Notes: generated from the letters alone by a model not told the origin. A stretch of 64,000 bases of DNA from Candidatus Moranbacteria bacterium UBA1362 (GCA_002306085.1 DBRS01000014.1:10690-74689), one strand, 5' to 3'. Counted from the first letter of the stretch, positions 48,649 through 57,256 are shown. Numbers and translations are program-made.

Positions 48649-49824
48649 ATGAGCAAAAATTTCAAGATCATAATTATGTTTTTGACGGTTATCGCCGCCC
48701 TTGCAGCGATAGCAATCTTTGCAAGAAAAAACTTAAAAGAAGATTTTCAGGATACCGCACCCCGCGAAATTTTTAGTGATATGAAAACCACGGAAATTCC
48801 GGAAGAAAAAAAATACACCGCCGAGGAAATATCATATTACATAAATCCTTCGGGCAGCGATGAAAACAACGGAAAGACGCGGGAAACTCCCTTCAAAACC
48901 ATCCAGAAAGCAGTTGATCTCGCAATGCCGGGAGACGTGATTTATCTTTTGGACGGAAACTACGAGCAGGACATCATTTCAAAAAGAAACGGCACGAAAG
49001 AAAATCCCATTACAATAACCGGATCCCACGCTGCGGCAGTTAAGGGAGGCGGCGGAGCAAGAGCGATTGAAATCAATCATGATCATATCGTCCTTGAAAA
49101 TTTCACCATTGACGGATTGCACGGAGATCCGAAGAAGCAATCGGGCTACAGGGATAAACTTATCTACGTGCAAGGAAAAGAAAAAGGTTCCGGAGTAACG
49201 GGACTTAAAATAACAAGAATGAACATAAGAAACGGAGGCGGAGAATGCATAAGACTGAGATATTTTGCTCAAGAAAATGAAATATCAAAAAACACCATTC
49301 AAAATTGCGGAGTTCATGATTTCGTCTTCAACGCCGGCGGAAAAAATGGAGAAGCAATCTACATCGGAACGGCTCCGGAACAAAGAACAGACGGCAAGAA
49401 TCCCACAAGCGACATAGACAGATCTGACCGCAATTGGATACACGACAACAAAATAGACACCCGCGGAAATGAATGCGTCGACATCAAGGAGGATTCCTCG
49501 GAAAACATCGTTGAGAATAATTCATGCACAGGGCAAAAAGACAAGGAATCCGCCGGACTTGATTCGCGCGGCAGCGGAAATATTTTTAGAAACAATGAAG
49601 TTTTCGGCAATTTGGGAGCCGGAGTAAGACTTGGCGGAGATGAAAAAGATGACGGAATTGAGAACGACGTGTATTCAAACATAATCAGGGACAATCGCAG
49701 CGGCGGAATAAAAATAATGAGAGAGCCGCAGGGGAAAATATGTTCAAATGATATGGCAAGAAACGGCAAAGGAAATTTTGTCGGAGATTATGCGGAAAAT
49801 TTTTCCAACAAAGAATGCGACTAA
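48649..49824 (+). CDS. Membrane-anchored right-handed beta-helix repeat protein (pectate-lyase/epimerase-like)
   Basis: 391 aa with N-terminal TM FKIIIMFLTVIAALAAIAIFA. Beta-helix repeats include ITITGSHAAAV, IENNSCTG and FRNNEVFGN. It lies directly downstream of the synthase fusion. Confidence 0.6.
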   Translation: MSKNFKIIIMFLTVIAALAAIAIFARKNLKEDFQDTAPREIFSDMKTTEIPEEKKYTAEEISYYINPSGSDENNGKTRETPFKTIQKAVDLAMPGDVIYLLDGNYEQDIISKRNGTKENPITITGSHAAAVKGGGGARAIEINHDHIVLENFTIDGLHGDPKKQSGYRDKLIYVQGKEKGSGVTGLKITRMNIRNGGGECIRLRYFAQENEISKNTIQNCGVHDFVFNAGGKNGEAIYIGTAPEQRTDGKNPTSDIDRSDRNWIHDNKIDTRGNECVDIKEDSSENIVENNSCTGQKDKESAGLDSRGSGNIFRNNEVFGNLGAGVRLGGDEKDDGIENDVYSNIIRDNRSGGIKIMREPQGKICSNDMARNGKGNFVGDYAENFSNKECD

Positions 49825-49835
49825 GCAAACAACAT

Positions 49836-50279
49836 TTAAATCATTTCTCTTGCCTTCATCGCCATTATTTTTGCCGACAGTCCCAGATTTAATTTTTCTC
49901 CTATATTTTTCTCGGAAAAAGGAAACACGATGTTTTCTTCCTTTGCGACATGATCATCTATGACCTGCTGCATCTCACGCACCTTATTTTCATACTCAAC
50001 CAACCCTCCATCAAAATCCCTGAGTTCGTTTATATAACCGCGGACTTTGTTGTGTTCCTGAATGCTTTCTTCAATCATTTTTTCGCCTTCCATTGATACG
50101 CTCCTGACCTCGGGATAGAAAAGCTCTTCCTCGATTTTTGCATGTGTTTCGAAATTTTTGAATATTCTTTCCGCCAGCCTCTTTTTGTCATCGAAATCTT
50201 TTTCATCGCCCAGATCGATGAAAAGCTCCTTAACTTTTCTATGATCCCTTTTTAGGATTTCTATAGGCATTTGTTCCAT
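49836..50279 (-). CDS. Hemerythrin-like (HHE cation-binding) domain protein
   Basis: 147 aa. The H/E spacing (H..E...H....E and the HxxxE region DDHVAKEE) is characteristic of the hemerythrin fold. Confidence 0.6.
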   Translation of the reverse strand: MEQMPIEILKRDHRKVKELFIDLGDEKDFDDKKRLAERIFKNFETHAKIEEELFYPEVRSVSMEGEKMIEESIQEHNKVRGYINELRDFDGGLVEYENKVREMQQVIDDHVAKEENIVFPFSEKNIGEKLNLGLSAKIMAMKAREMI

Positions 50280-50411
50280 ATGATTATCAATTAATATTTA
50301 TACGTGAAATACAATCGCTAAAATGAAAAATTTCGCTTTTAGCTTGAAATTATCAGCCTTCATTTTTGTACTATTGGAAGACATAGGGTTTACTAGAAAG
50401 GAGGCAAAAAA

Positions 50412-50588
50412 ATGAAGAGCAGCAACAGAGGTTTGGCAAGCGCAGACAAGAAAACGAGACGTGAGGTTGCCAGAAAGGGCGGCCGGGCTGAACATGAAAA
50501 ACGAGGGCTCCAGGCTGCCGACAAAGAAACAAGACGAAGAGTTGCAAGAGCAGGCGGGCGCGCATCGCGAGGAGGCCGCAGCAGATAA
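50412..50588 (+). CDS. Small basic KGG-repeat stress-protein-like peptide (58 aa)
   Basis: AGGAGG lies 7 nt upstream of the ATG. It encodes MKSSNRGLASADKKTRREVARKGGRAEHEKRGLQAADKETRRRVARAGGRASRGGRSR, with a repeated (K/A)GGR motif. It is not in the ORF track, which lists overlapping ORFs in other frames. Confidence 0.45.
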   Translation: MKSSNRGLASADKKTRREVARKGGRAEHEKRGLQAADKETRRRVARAGGRASRGGRSR

Positions 50589-50642
50589 AACCATAACTTT
50601 TTACTTTACATCAAAAACAAGCCGGAAAGAAATGAAAAAATT

Positions 50643-51032
50643 TCATCCCTCCCGCATCTTTTTCCCGAGAAAATCGACTATTTCTTTGTCGCCGACATAA
50701 CAATTTTTGCCATCCCACAAAAGCGGCACGCCGATTGAATTTTCTTCGATGCCGCAGGATAATGCTTTTTCCCTCAATTCTCTTGCATTCGCGCTGTTAA
50801 AATAAATTTCTTTCCTGGAAATGCTCACTTTTTCTTCCACATTATTTTCACTTATAAATCTTTCTACATTCGCGCAGTGGGGACAGCTTTCCCCGTAAAA
50901 CAGAGTCACCCCGTTCGGTGACTGCGGGTCCTGCCCGAAGAATTCTCTGCTTTCTCCTCCGAAAAGAACGAAAGCCAAAAAAGCCGCGGCAATGACGGTA
51001 AAAATAATAGATATTTTTGTTTCTTGTTGCAT
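50643..51032 (-). CDS. Membrane-anchored glutaredoxin/thioredoxin-like protein (CPHC active site)
   Basis: 129 aa with an N-terminal TM. LFYGESCPHCANVERF fits a glutaredoxin-like fold. It is a paralog of 58344..58754. Confidence 0.65.
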   Translation of the reverse strand: MQQETKISIIFTVIAAAFLAFVLFGGESREFFGQDPQSPNGVTLFYGESCPHCANVERFISENNVEEKVSISRKEIYFNSANARELREKALSCGIEENSIGVPLLWDGKNCYVGDKEIVDFLGKKMREG

Positions 51033-51070
51033 AACATTTTATGCCGATCTATTTCTGCCGAAAGAAAAAT

Positions 51071-51535
51071 TCACAAAAATTCATTCCGGAAAAAAATTCC
51101 GAATTCCTTCGGAAGCATATTTTCGATATCGCGTATTTCATTTTTGGCAATGTGTTTTCCGAGTATTTTAAAAACGCCCCTTATAGTTTTTTCCGTCGAT
51201 ATGTCCGGATCGCTCGGAAATTTTCTTTCCACTTCTCCGATAAATTCAGCCCTGTTGAATTTCACCGGCATTTTTGACGGCTTCCATCCTTCATAATAAG
51301 CGCCGCGTATCAGCATCGGAAGCTGCGCTCCGAAGTCAGCGGCTTCTTCAACGGTAAGCCGGTCCCGCACCGTCTGAATAACCGCCTTCAAAAGAGAATA
51401 CGCCCTGTTCCTGCTGCCCAGCCATTCAAATTCATTTTCAATATCCTTGAGAAGCAGATTTGATTTTTGGATTGTGCTGTCGAAAACACCTTTCTTCGGC
51501 ATATAATTTTGCTGATTTACTTTTAAGTACTGCAA
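51071..51535 (-). CDS. DUF2267 family protein
   Basis: 154 aa. LTVEEAADFGAQLPMLIRGAYYEGWKP matches the DUF2267 core. Confidence 0.55.
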   Translation of the reverse strand: MQYLKVNQQNYMPKKGVFDSTIQKSNLLLKDIENEFEWLGSRNRAYSLLKAVIQTVRDRLTVEEAADFGAQLPMLIRGAYYEGWKPSKMPVKFNRAEFIGEVERKFPSDPDISTEKTIRGVFKILGKHIAKNEIRDIENMLPKEFGIFFRNEFL

Positions 51536-51642
51536 AAGAAAAACAATTATTTCAGCGCGACATGATGAATCGCAACATATTTAAAGCTTCCCTCGAAAGG
51601 AAGCTTTAATCTGTATTCTATTTCCATCCATCTCGTCCGTAA

Positions 51643-52251
51643 CTACTTGCGCTTGGAGTTGCCATTGCCATGTTTTTTGTCATTGTCTTGCACCCCTTTA
51701 TCTTTCTGATACTTGCCGTCATGCTTTTTGTCATACCTGTCATTGCCACACTTCTTTTTTGAGCAATGGTGACGTTTGTCTTTCTTGTCCTTGTCCCCGT
51801 CTTTCTTGTCCTTATCATTATCGTCATCGTCATCATCATCGTCGTCATGTTCGTTATTGTTTCCGCCCACGCAGGCATTCTCGTTCCAGCTCCAGCGCGC
51901 ATGATCACCGCATCTCGGAATCCAGTTCCAGCCGGCATCCACTTCCCTTATTTTCGCGAGCAATTCTTCCTTGCTGTCGATGTCATAACTATCCTGCTCG
52001 CGTTTCCTGTCTTTGCGGTCATCGCCGTTGCCTCCTTTGCAACGATCCTCATCCGTATCCCATACCGCATTATCTCCGCAGTTCGGGACCCAATCCCAAC
52101 CGGCATCAGCTTCTTCCACGACCTCCAGAAGCTCCTGTTCGCTTGTTATCATGCTTCTTGCATCAGCTTGGGACGCCACACAGCCGATTCCAAAGACCGA
52201 AAGTGCAGCCAATAGGAGAAACTGCAATCCGCCTGTTTTTAGTCTTTCCAT
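51643..52251 (-). CDS. Secreted low-complexity Asp/Lys-rich protein with duplicated Cys-Trp motif
   Basis: 202 aa with a signal peptide. It has two copies of a ~25-aa motif (DAGWDWVPNCGDNAVWDTDEDRCKGGNG and DAGWNWIPRCGDHARWSWNENACVGGNN). The C-terminus is a poly-D (DDDDDDDDD) and DK/KD-rich tail. Confidence 0.4.
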   Translation of the reverse strand: MERLKTGGLQFLLLAALSVFGIGCVASQADARSMITSEQELLEVVEEADAGWDWVPNCGDNAVWDTDEDRCKGGNGDDRKDRKREQDSYDIDSKEELLAKIREVDAGWNWIPRCGDHARWSWNENACVGGNNNEHDDDDDDDDDNDKDKKDGDKDKKDKRHHCSKKKCGNDRYDKKHDGKYQKDKGVQDNDKKHGNGNSKRK

Positions 52252-52420
52252 AGCATTTTAGGTTAATTATTAGATAAGATAAGGCCTTAATCCTATCAAA
52301 AAACAGCTGCAATCATTAATACAAAGACGTTTTTGGCTTGTTTCAAAGGCTTTTGCTGTTAAAAAAACGACTTGTATATAAAAAGCCGCTTTTTATTTTA
52401 TTTTTAAAACTCCGTCGATT

Positions 52421-52606
52421 TTATTGCCTCAGCACAACATATACCATATATAAACCTGAAATCAGGGCAATAATTATGAGAAATCCCAGAATAGAACCGA
52501 AAAAATCACTCCAATATGCCCCGATTGCCGCTCCAATCGACAAAAGAGCCAGCTTGAATATTCCCAATTGCCGCCAAGTAAAAATATAAGATCTGAATAT
52601 TCGCAT
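52421..52606 (-). CDS. Small 2-TM membrane protein
   Basis: 61 aa, hydrophobic. Confidence 0.35.
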   Translation of the reverse strand: MRIFRSYIFTWRQLGIFKLALLSIGAAIGAYWSDFFGSILGFLIIIALISGLYMVYVVLRQ

Positions 52607-52685
52607 TTTTTAAATTTAAATTTTAGACATTATTAAATACAATCGTAGTGAAAATTATGTTCTTCCCGGCAAACCAGCAGAAAAA

Positions 52686-53846
52686 CTATTTTTGAAATAC
52701 AAACGTTTCCCAAAAATCATCTTTTTCTCCGCCCAGACGCCATAGCGCCACCTTTCCAATTCCGTGCCTTTCAAACAGTTCAAGCTTTTTGCAGATACTT
52801 TTTTCATTCTCGGTCCAAACAATGTAACTCCTGCCATTTTTGCGGTACGAAAAATTTACGCTTTTTTCCAATTCATTCCATTTTTGAACTGCTCCGCTGT
52901 CCATCCTTATCTTTTCCGCGTCCTTAATGTTGAGTTCTTCTTCAAGTCCGGTTGCTTTTCCGGACGGCAAAATTTCCCAGGCTTCAGCGTAGAGCGGAAC
53001 ACCGGCAAATATTTTGCTCTTGGAAGCTTTGGCATCGTTTATCGCATACGCGAGAATATCTTTGACCCAGCGCGCCGAAGCGACAGGCCCGGGAGAGCTT
53101 TGCGGATAGTGTTCGCCGTAGAGTTCAAAATACAAATGATCCGCCTTGGATGAAATCAGCCTAAGATCCTGCGCGTGCGAGCCGTTGTCTTCTTTCGGAT
53201 CGTCCTCTGATGTTTTCGGCAGAATTGAAACTCCAAGCATCTTGTTTTTTCTGTGCAGCGCGTCCGCAAGCTCTGACACAAACAGCGAAAACATTTCCTT
53301 CTGATCGGCTTTCATCATCTCATAGCCGATATTTGCGCCGTCGAATCCGTTACTTTCCACAATGGACACAATTTCCCTGATATGTTTTTTTCTCGCGTTT
53401 TCGTTTTCAATTGCCTTTCGAACCCTCTTATGATCCCAATCTGTTTCGGTTTCATAATATTCCGGAAGATTCACAATTGTGGCAAAAACCTTAACTCCTT
53501 TCTTCTGAGCATTCCTCAGCATTGCGATATCTTCTTTTGTATTGTCATATTTTTTGACCGAGCCGTCTTCGTCAAGCTTGTACCAAAAAAATCCCAGATA
53601 ATCTATGTACTGGGAATTTCTTTCAAACGATCTGAACGCATTTTCCTGATCCCAATACGGAACCCACGCCATAACTTCAAAATCCTCAAGTTTGGAACCG
53701 CATTTGATGGCTTCCGATTGCCCCGAAGGATGACGGTAAAAAACCAGCGCAAGCGCCAGAAAAATAAGAGCGGCTATTATTAACAAGACATCATGTCTGG
53801 ACATCAGGTTTCTGAAAAAATATAAGCACTTCAAAACATAGTACAA
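52686..53846 (-). CDS. Putative glycosyl-hydrolase-like TIM-barrel protein (GH18-like), membrane-anchored
   Basis: 386 aa with an N-terminal TM. The region SNGFDGANIGYEMM aligns with the GH18 DG.D.D.E catalytic strand, but the aspartates are replaced. The protein may be non-catalytic or belong to a GH-like family. Confidence 0.3.
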   Translation of the reverse strand: MYYVLKCLYFFRNLMSRHDVLLIIAALIFLALALVFYRHPSGQSEAIKCGSKLEDFEVMAWVPYWDQENAFRSFERNSQYIDYLGFFWYKLDEDGSVKKYDNTKEDIAMLRNAQKKGVKVFATIVNLPEYYETETDWDHKRVRKAIENENARKKHIREIVSIVESNGFDGANIGYEMMKADQKEMFSLFVSELADALHRKNKMLGVSILPKTSEDDPKEDNGSHAQDLRLISSKADHLYFELYGEHYPQSSPGPVASARWVKDILAYAINDAKASKSKIFAGVPLYAEAWEILPSGKATGLEEELNIKDAEKIRMDSGAVQKWNELEKSVNFSYRKNGRSYIVWTENEKSICKKLELFERHGIGKVALWRLGGEKDDFWETFVFQK

Positions 53847-53937
53847 TATTCGTCGAAAAGACCTTGCGCAACTTTCGCTGAAAAAGAAAAAAGCCTTGCG
53901 ATATCATATGTCGCAAGGCCGTGTTCATCGGCTCGTT

Positions 53938-54141
53938 TCATTTTCCGAGCCGCGCTTGATATTTTGCCGGTTCATTTTCAGGCCAGACTTCCCAAGTCTC
54001 GGGAACTTCGTCTCCGATGTGAAGCTTGAAAAACTCATCCGGAGGCTCGATGAATATCATCCTTCCGTCGCTCCTGCGCTTTGCCAATCCTCCGGCTGAT
54101 GTGCGATAAGTGATATCCTCGCGCGCTTCCTTCCCTTCCAT
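53938..54141 (-). CDS. Small hypothetical protein (67 aa)
   Basis: AGGAGG lies 8 nt upstream of the ATG. A hairpin plus T-run terminator lies downstream at ~53895-53930. Confidence 0.4.
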   Translation of the reverse strand: MEGKEAREDITYRTSAGGLAKRRSDGRMIFIEPPDEFFKLHIGDEVPETWEVWPENEPAKYQARLGK

Positions 54142-54378
54142 ATACCCTCCTCCTTATCTTGCATTTTTGTTAAAGATGCTTCCTGTAACTGAAACATCAG
54201 ATTACCATAAAAATTGTTTTTAGTAAAGCATGACAGTCCAAGCCGATCCAAACACAAAGGCTTTGAAATATTTTCAAAATTCCGCATCCGTCGAAAATGA
54301 AAATACGCCTATTTATTAATGTATTAAAAAAGAGCTAATTGCTTGATCTACAGTTATATTTTATCTCAACCTTCAGCC

Positions 54379-54407
54379 TTGCCAACTGCAGAATCTTTTG
54401 ATATAAT
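54379..54407 (+). promoter_or_regulatory. Near-consensus sigma70-type promoter (TTGCCA, 17 bp, TG-n-TATAAT) upstream of tRNA-Asn
   Basis: -35 ttgcca at 54379-54384, a 17-bp spacer and an extended -10 tgatataat at 54399-54407. A hairpin gttgct-gaaaa-agcaac plus T-run lies immediately downstream at ~54413-54436. Confidence 0.45.
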
Positions 54408-54540
54408 GCCTACGTTGCTGAAAAAGCAACATTTTTAAAAATCGAATATTCTGGCGTATCTGCCTGCCGCAGCCAAGACACAACTAAAGAGAAAAATATC
54501 TAAAAAGCTAATGCGGCAAATAACTTTCAAAAAACATTAT

Positions 54541-54612
54541 TCCGGCGTAGCGCAACGGTAGCGCAGGGGACTGTTAATCCCTTGGTTGTAGGTTCGAATC
54601 CTACCGCCGGAG
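54541..54612 (+). tRNA. tRNA-Asn (anticodon GTT)
   Basis: Manual fold. The acceptor is tccggcg/cgccgga, the D-arm gcgc-aacggta-gcgc, the anticodon arm gggga-cTGTTaa-tccct and the T-arm gtagg-ttcgaat-cctac. The discriminator is G and CCA is not encoded. Confidence 0.85.
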
Positions 54613-54750
54613 CACTGAAGTGTACTGTGCGTTCTCGAGTATGTAGTTAAAGGGAGAACGTAGCTCAAATAAAAGCTTTTTATCTTGAAGACGGCAGTTC
54701 TGAAGTAGAAAACTTAAGAGTTGCCGTTTTTCGTTTGCTTCAGAGGCGGA

Positions 54751-55489
54751 AAAGGGGTCAGGTACCTTTTTTCGGCCTTCCTCTTGGAATTAATGTAGAA
54801 ATCAGATTTAGTTTCTCGGCTATGTTTTTTATCCAATTTTCATTCCCATAAGGACGACCTCTTTTAATGGAATAATGTATTTTTTCCAATTTGTCTTCTT
54901 CGTTTTTATCAAGAGTATTAACCCATTCAAGATAACCGTCGGGCATTTCAACCGGCCATTTTGCAAGAAGCTTCTTTTGTTCCTCGTTTCCGTTTTCCCT
55001 GATCCAAAGACTGGACCATTTCCAATCTTGAGCCTTTTCAGTCAATCCGGCCCTCAAAGAATTTCTTTCCACATAACGGCAAACTTGCAAAAAATGATTA
55101 TCTTTTTCAACAAGAAAGGATTTGAATCTTCCCTGATAAACATGCCCGCAACCAATAGTTTTGTAATGGGCATGGTAACGTTGAGTGTGGGTATGAGTTA
55201 TCCATCTCATGAAATTTGACAAATCTTCTCCGTTTTTTGGATATAGCACAAAATGCCAATGGTTTGGCATTATGCAATATGAAAGAATTCGCATCGGATA
55301 CTTTTCCTTCGCTTCAAAAAGTATTTTTTCAAACGCTTCGTAATCTTTTTGTTTTTGAAATATTTTTTCTCTGCCATTGGCACGATTCAAGACATGGTAA
55401 ACCATATCGCCAACAGCTGAGCGTGGTATTCTTGCCATGCTCCAATCATATCACAATATTTATTGATAAAAAAGGTACCTGACCCCTTT
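54751..55489. mobile_element. IS200/IS605-family or RAYT-like element bounded by perfect 22-bp inverted repeats
   Basis: The left IR aaaggggtcaggtacctttttt (54751-54772) and right IR aaaaaaggtacctgaccccttt (55468-55489) are exact reverse complements. Each contains the GGTACC palindrome. They flank a single HuH Y1 transposase gene 140 bp from tRNA-Asn. Confidence 0.65.
54758..55438 (-). CDS. IS200-like / REP-associated tyrosine (Y1, HuH) transposase
   Basis: 226 aa. YHVLNRANGREKIF...ILSYCIMPNHWHFVLYP (the HuH motif is HWH) ...YQGRFKSF (catalytic Tyr region). The stop codon lies inside the left IR. Confidence 0.8.
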   Translation of the reverse strand: MARIPRSAVGDMVYHVLNRANGREKIFQKQKDYEAFEKILFEAKEKYPMRILSYCIMPNHWHFVLYPKNGEDLSNFMRWITHTHTQRYHAHYKTIGCGHVYQGRFKSFLVEKDNHFLQVCRYVERNSLRAGLTEKAQDWKWSSLWIRENGNEEQKKLLAKWPVEMPDGYLEWVNTLDKNEEDKLEKIHYSIKRGRPYGNENWIKNIAEKLNLISTLIPRGRPKKGT

Positions 55490-55553
55490 TTCTTTCTCAA
55501 TGTTGAATTGCTTCAAGGCGATGTTCTGCGGATCGGCTCCCGGTATTGTACAA

Positions 55554-56522
55554 CTAGCCAAAAATAACATTAAACAGATATCCCATGACGATTATCCCGA
55601 TAGTGGTTATTCCGAAAAAAATTGCCAGAAGCTGCCATCGCATCACCTTTTTGAGGATCAGTGCTTCAGGCAGTGACAGAGTAACGATTGCAGTCATGAA
55701 AGCTAAGACTGTGCCAAGCGGTGCGCCTTTGCCAACCATTGCATCCATTATTGGAAGAACGCTGACCGAATTGGCATAGAGCGGAACTCCTGACAAAACA
55801 GCCATTGGAACAGTCCACCAAGATTTTGCTGATAAATAATGTTCAACGAAGTTAGCAGGGATAAGACCGTGAATCAAAGCTCCGATTCCGACACCCAAAA
55901 GGACATAGGGAAAAATTTGTTTGGTAATTTTAAATCCATCTGTCCAAAAATATACCATCTGTTGACGAAAAGAAAGTTTATTGCCTCCATTTTCCAGTTC
56001 AACTTGCTTGCGCGATTTGAATTGCATGAGTTCGGGAAGGACATATTTTTCAACTTTTAATTTTTGAATCAACATTCCGCTAATTATTGCAATCGCCAGT
56101 CCGAATAAGTTATATAAAAAGGTTACTTTAATCCCGAAGAGTGCGGGGAAAAGATAGAGCGATGATTCGTTGATCAAAGGAGAGCTTATCAAAAATGCAA
56201 AGGTGATTCCCAAAGGAATGCCCGCACCCATAAAACCGATAAAAAGCGGGATTGATGAGCAGGAACAGAAAGGGGTAACAATCCCCAAAAGGGCGGCAAA
56301 AAGATAATTTAGCCCATACCAACGCTTTTTGGTCAGAATATCCCGTGCTCTTTCCATTGGAAAATAATAACGAGTAATCGCCATTATATAATTGACAACA
56401 ATCAAAAGCAGCCCGATCTTAACCGTGTCGTAAATAAAAAAGTTTATTCCGTCTGAAATTCCGGTATGCTCGGCTAGTTTGAAAACATCATAGGTCAGCC
56501 AATCGGCGAATGTTTTTATCAT
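55554..56522 (-). CDS. DUF318/ArsP-like permease
   Basis: 322 aa polytopic protein with the hallmark TPFCSCSSIP motif of the ArsP/DUF318 permease family. Confidence 0.7.
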   Translation of the reverse strand: MIKTFADWLTYDVFKLAEHTGISDGINFFIYDTVKIGLLLIVVNYIMAITRYYFPMERARDILTKKRWYGLNYLFAALLGIVTPFCSCSSIPLFIGFMGAGIPLGITFAFLISSPLINESSLYLFPALFGIKVTFLYNLFGLAIAIISGMLIQKLKVEKYVLPELMQFKSRKQVELENGGNKLSFRQQMVYFWTDGFKITKQIFPYVLLGVGIGALIHGLIPANFVEHYLSAKSWWTVPMAVLSGVPLYANSVSVLPIMDAMVGKGAPLGTVLAFMTAIVTLSLPEALILKKVMRWQLLAIFFGITTIGIIVMGYLFNVIFG

Positions 56523-56528
56523 ATATTG

Positions 56529-57245
56529 TTATAAATTGATTAAATATCTAATAAGGTATTGTAGATAGTAAATTCCAGCTAAAAGAAAAATTGTGGCAAC
56601 GCTATATCGCATTATTTTTTCAATGTTTTCCATTATATTGTAGATTTTTCCCAATTTTCCGATACTAAAAGCCAAAATAAAAGAAAAAGCAATAACGGGC
56701 AGCCCAGTTCCTAATGCAAACAAAGGAGGCAAAAGTAAACCGCCAGTTGATTTAATAACAAGTGGAATAAGTATTCCGAAAAATAATACTCCACTATAAG
56801 GGCAAAAGGCTAAAGCGAAAACAATACCCAATAGCAGTGTTCCAATATGTCCTTTTGTTGCCAGCCATTGTTTAATTTTTTCAATCTTCTCGTTTCTTGA
56901 GCCAATGTTTATTTTAATAATCCCAAACATTACTAATGCAATCAAGACAAGTAGTATTCCCAATACTTTATCGCCCCATCCCTGAAAAATTTTTGCCACC
57001 TGAAAGGAGGAAAGCCCGAAAAAAATAAGACCTGCCAAGAGCATATAGCTTATGCCCCTTCCCAAAGTATAAATAAAACCGCTGACTAGAGTATGCTTGG
57101 CGGTTTTTATTTCTCTGGAAATAAAAGCGATGGCAGTAATATTAGTTGCCAAAGGGCATGGACTGATGGAAGTCATCACTCCCAAGACAAAAGCAGATAG
57201 CAAGGGGATATTATATTGGTCTATTAAGATATTAAAAAATTCCAT
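56529..57245 (-). CDS. CcdA/DsbD-like transmembrane thiol-disulfide transporter
   Basis: 238 aa with 6 TM helices. The first helix carries SISPCPLAT, the Cys-Pro motif of the DsbD_2/CcdA family. Confidence 0.65.
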   Translation of the reverse strand: MEFFNILIDQYNIPLLSAFVLGVMTSISPCPLATNITAIAFISREIKTAKHTLVSGFIYTLGRGISYMLLAGLIFFGLSSFQVAKIFQGWGDKVLGILLVLIALVMFGIIKINIGSRNEKIEKIKQWLATKGHIGTLLLGIVFALAFCPYSGVLFFGILIPLVIKSTGGLLLPPLFALGTGLPVIAFSFILAFSIGKLGKIYNIMENIEKIMRYSVATIFLLAGIYYLQYLIRYLINL

Positions 57246-57256
57246 ATTTATTCGAA

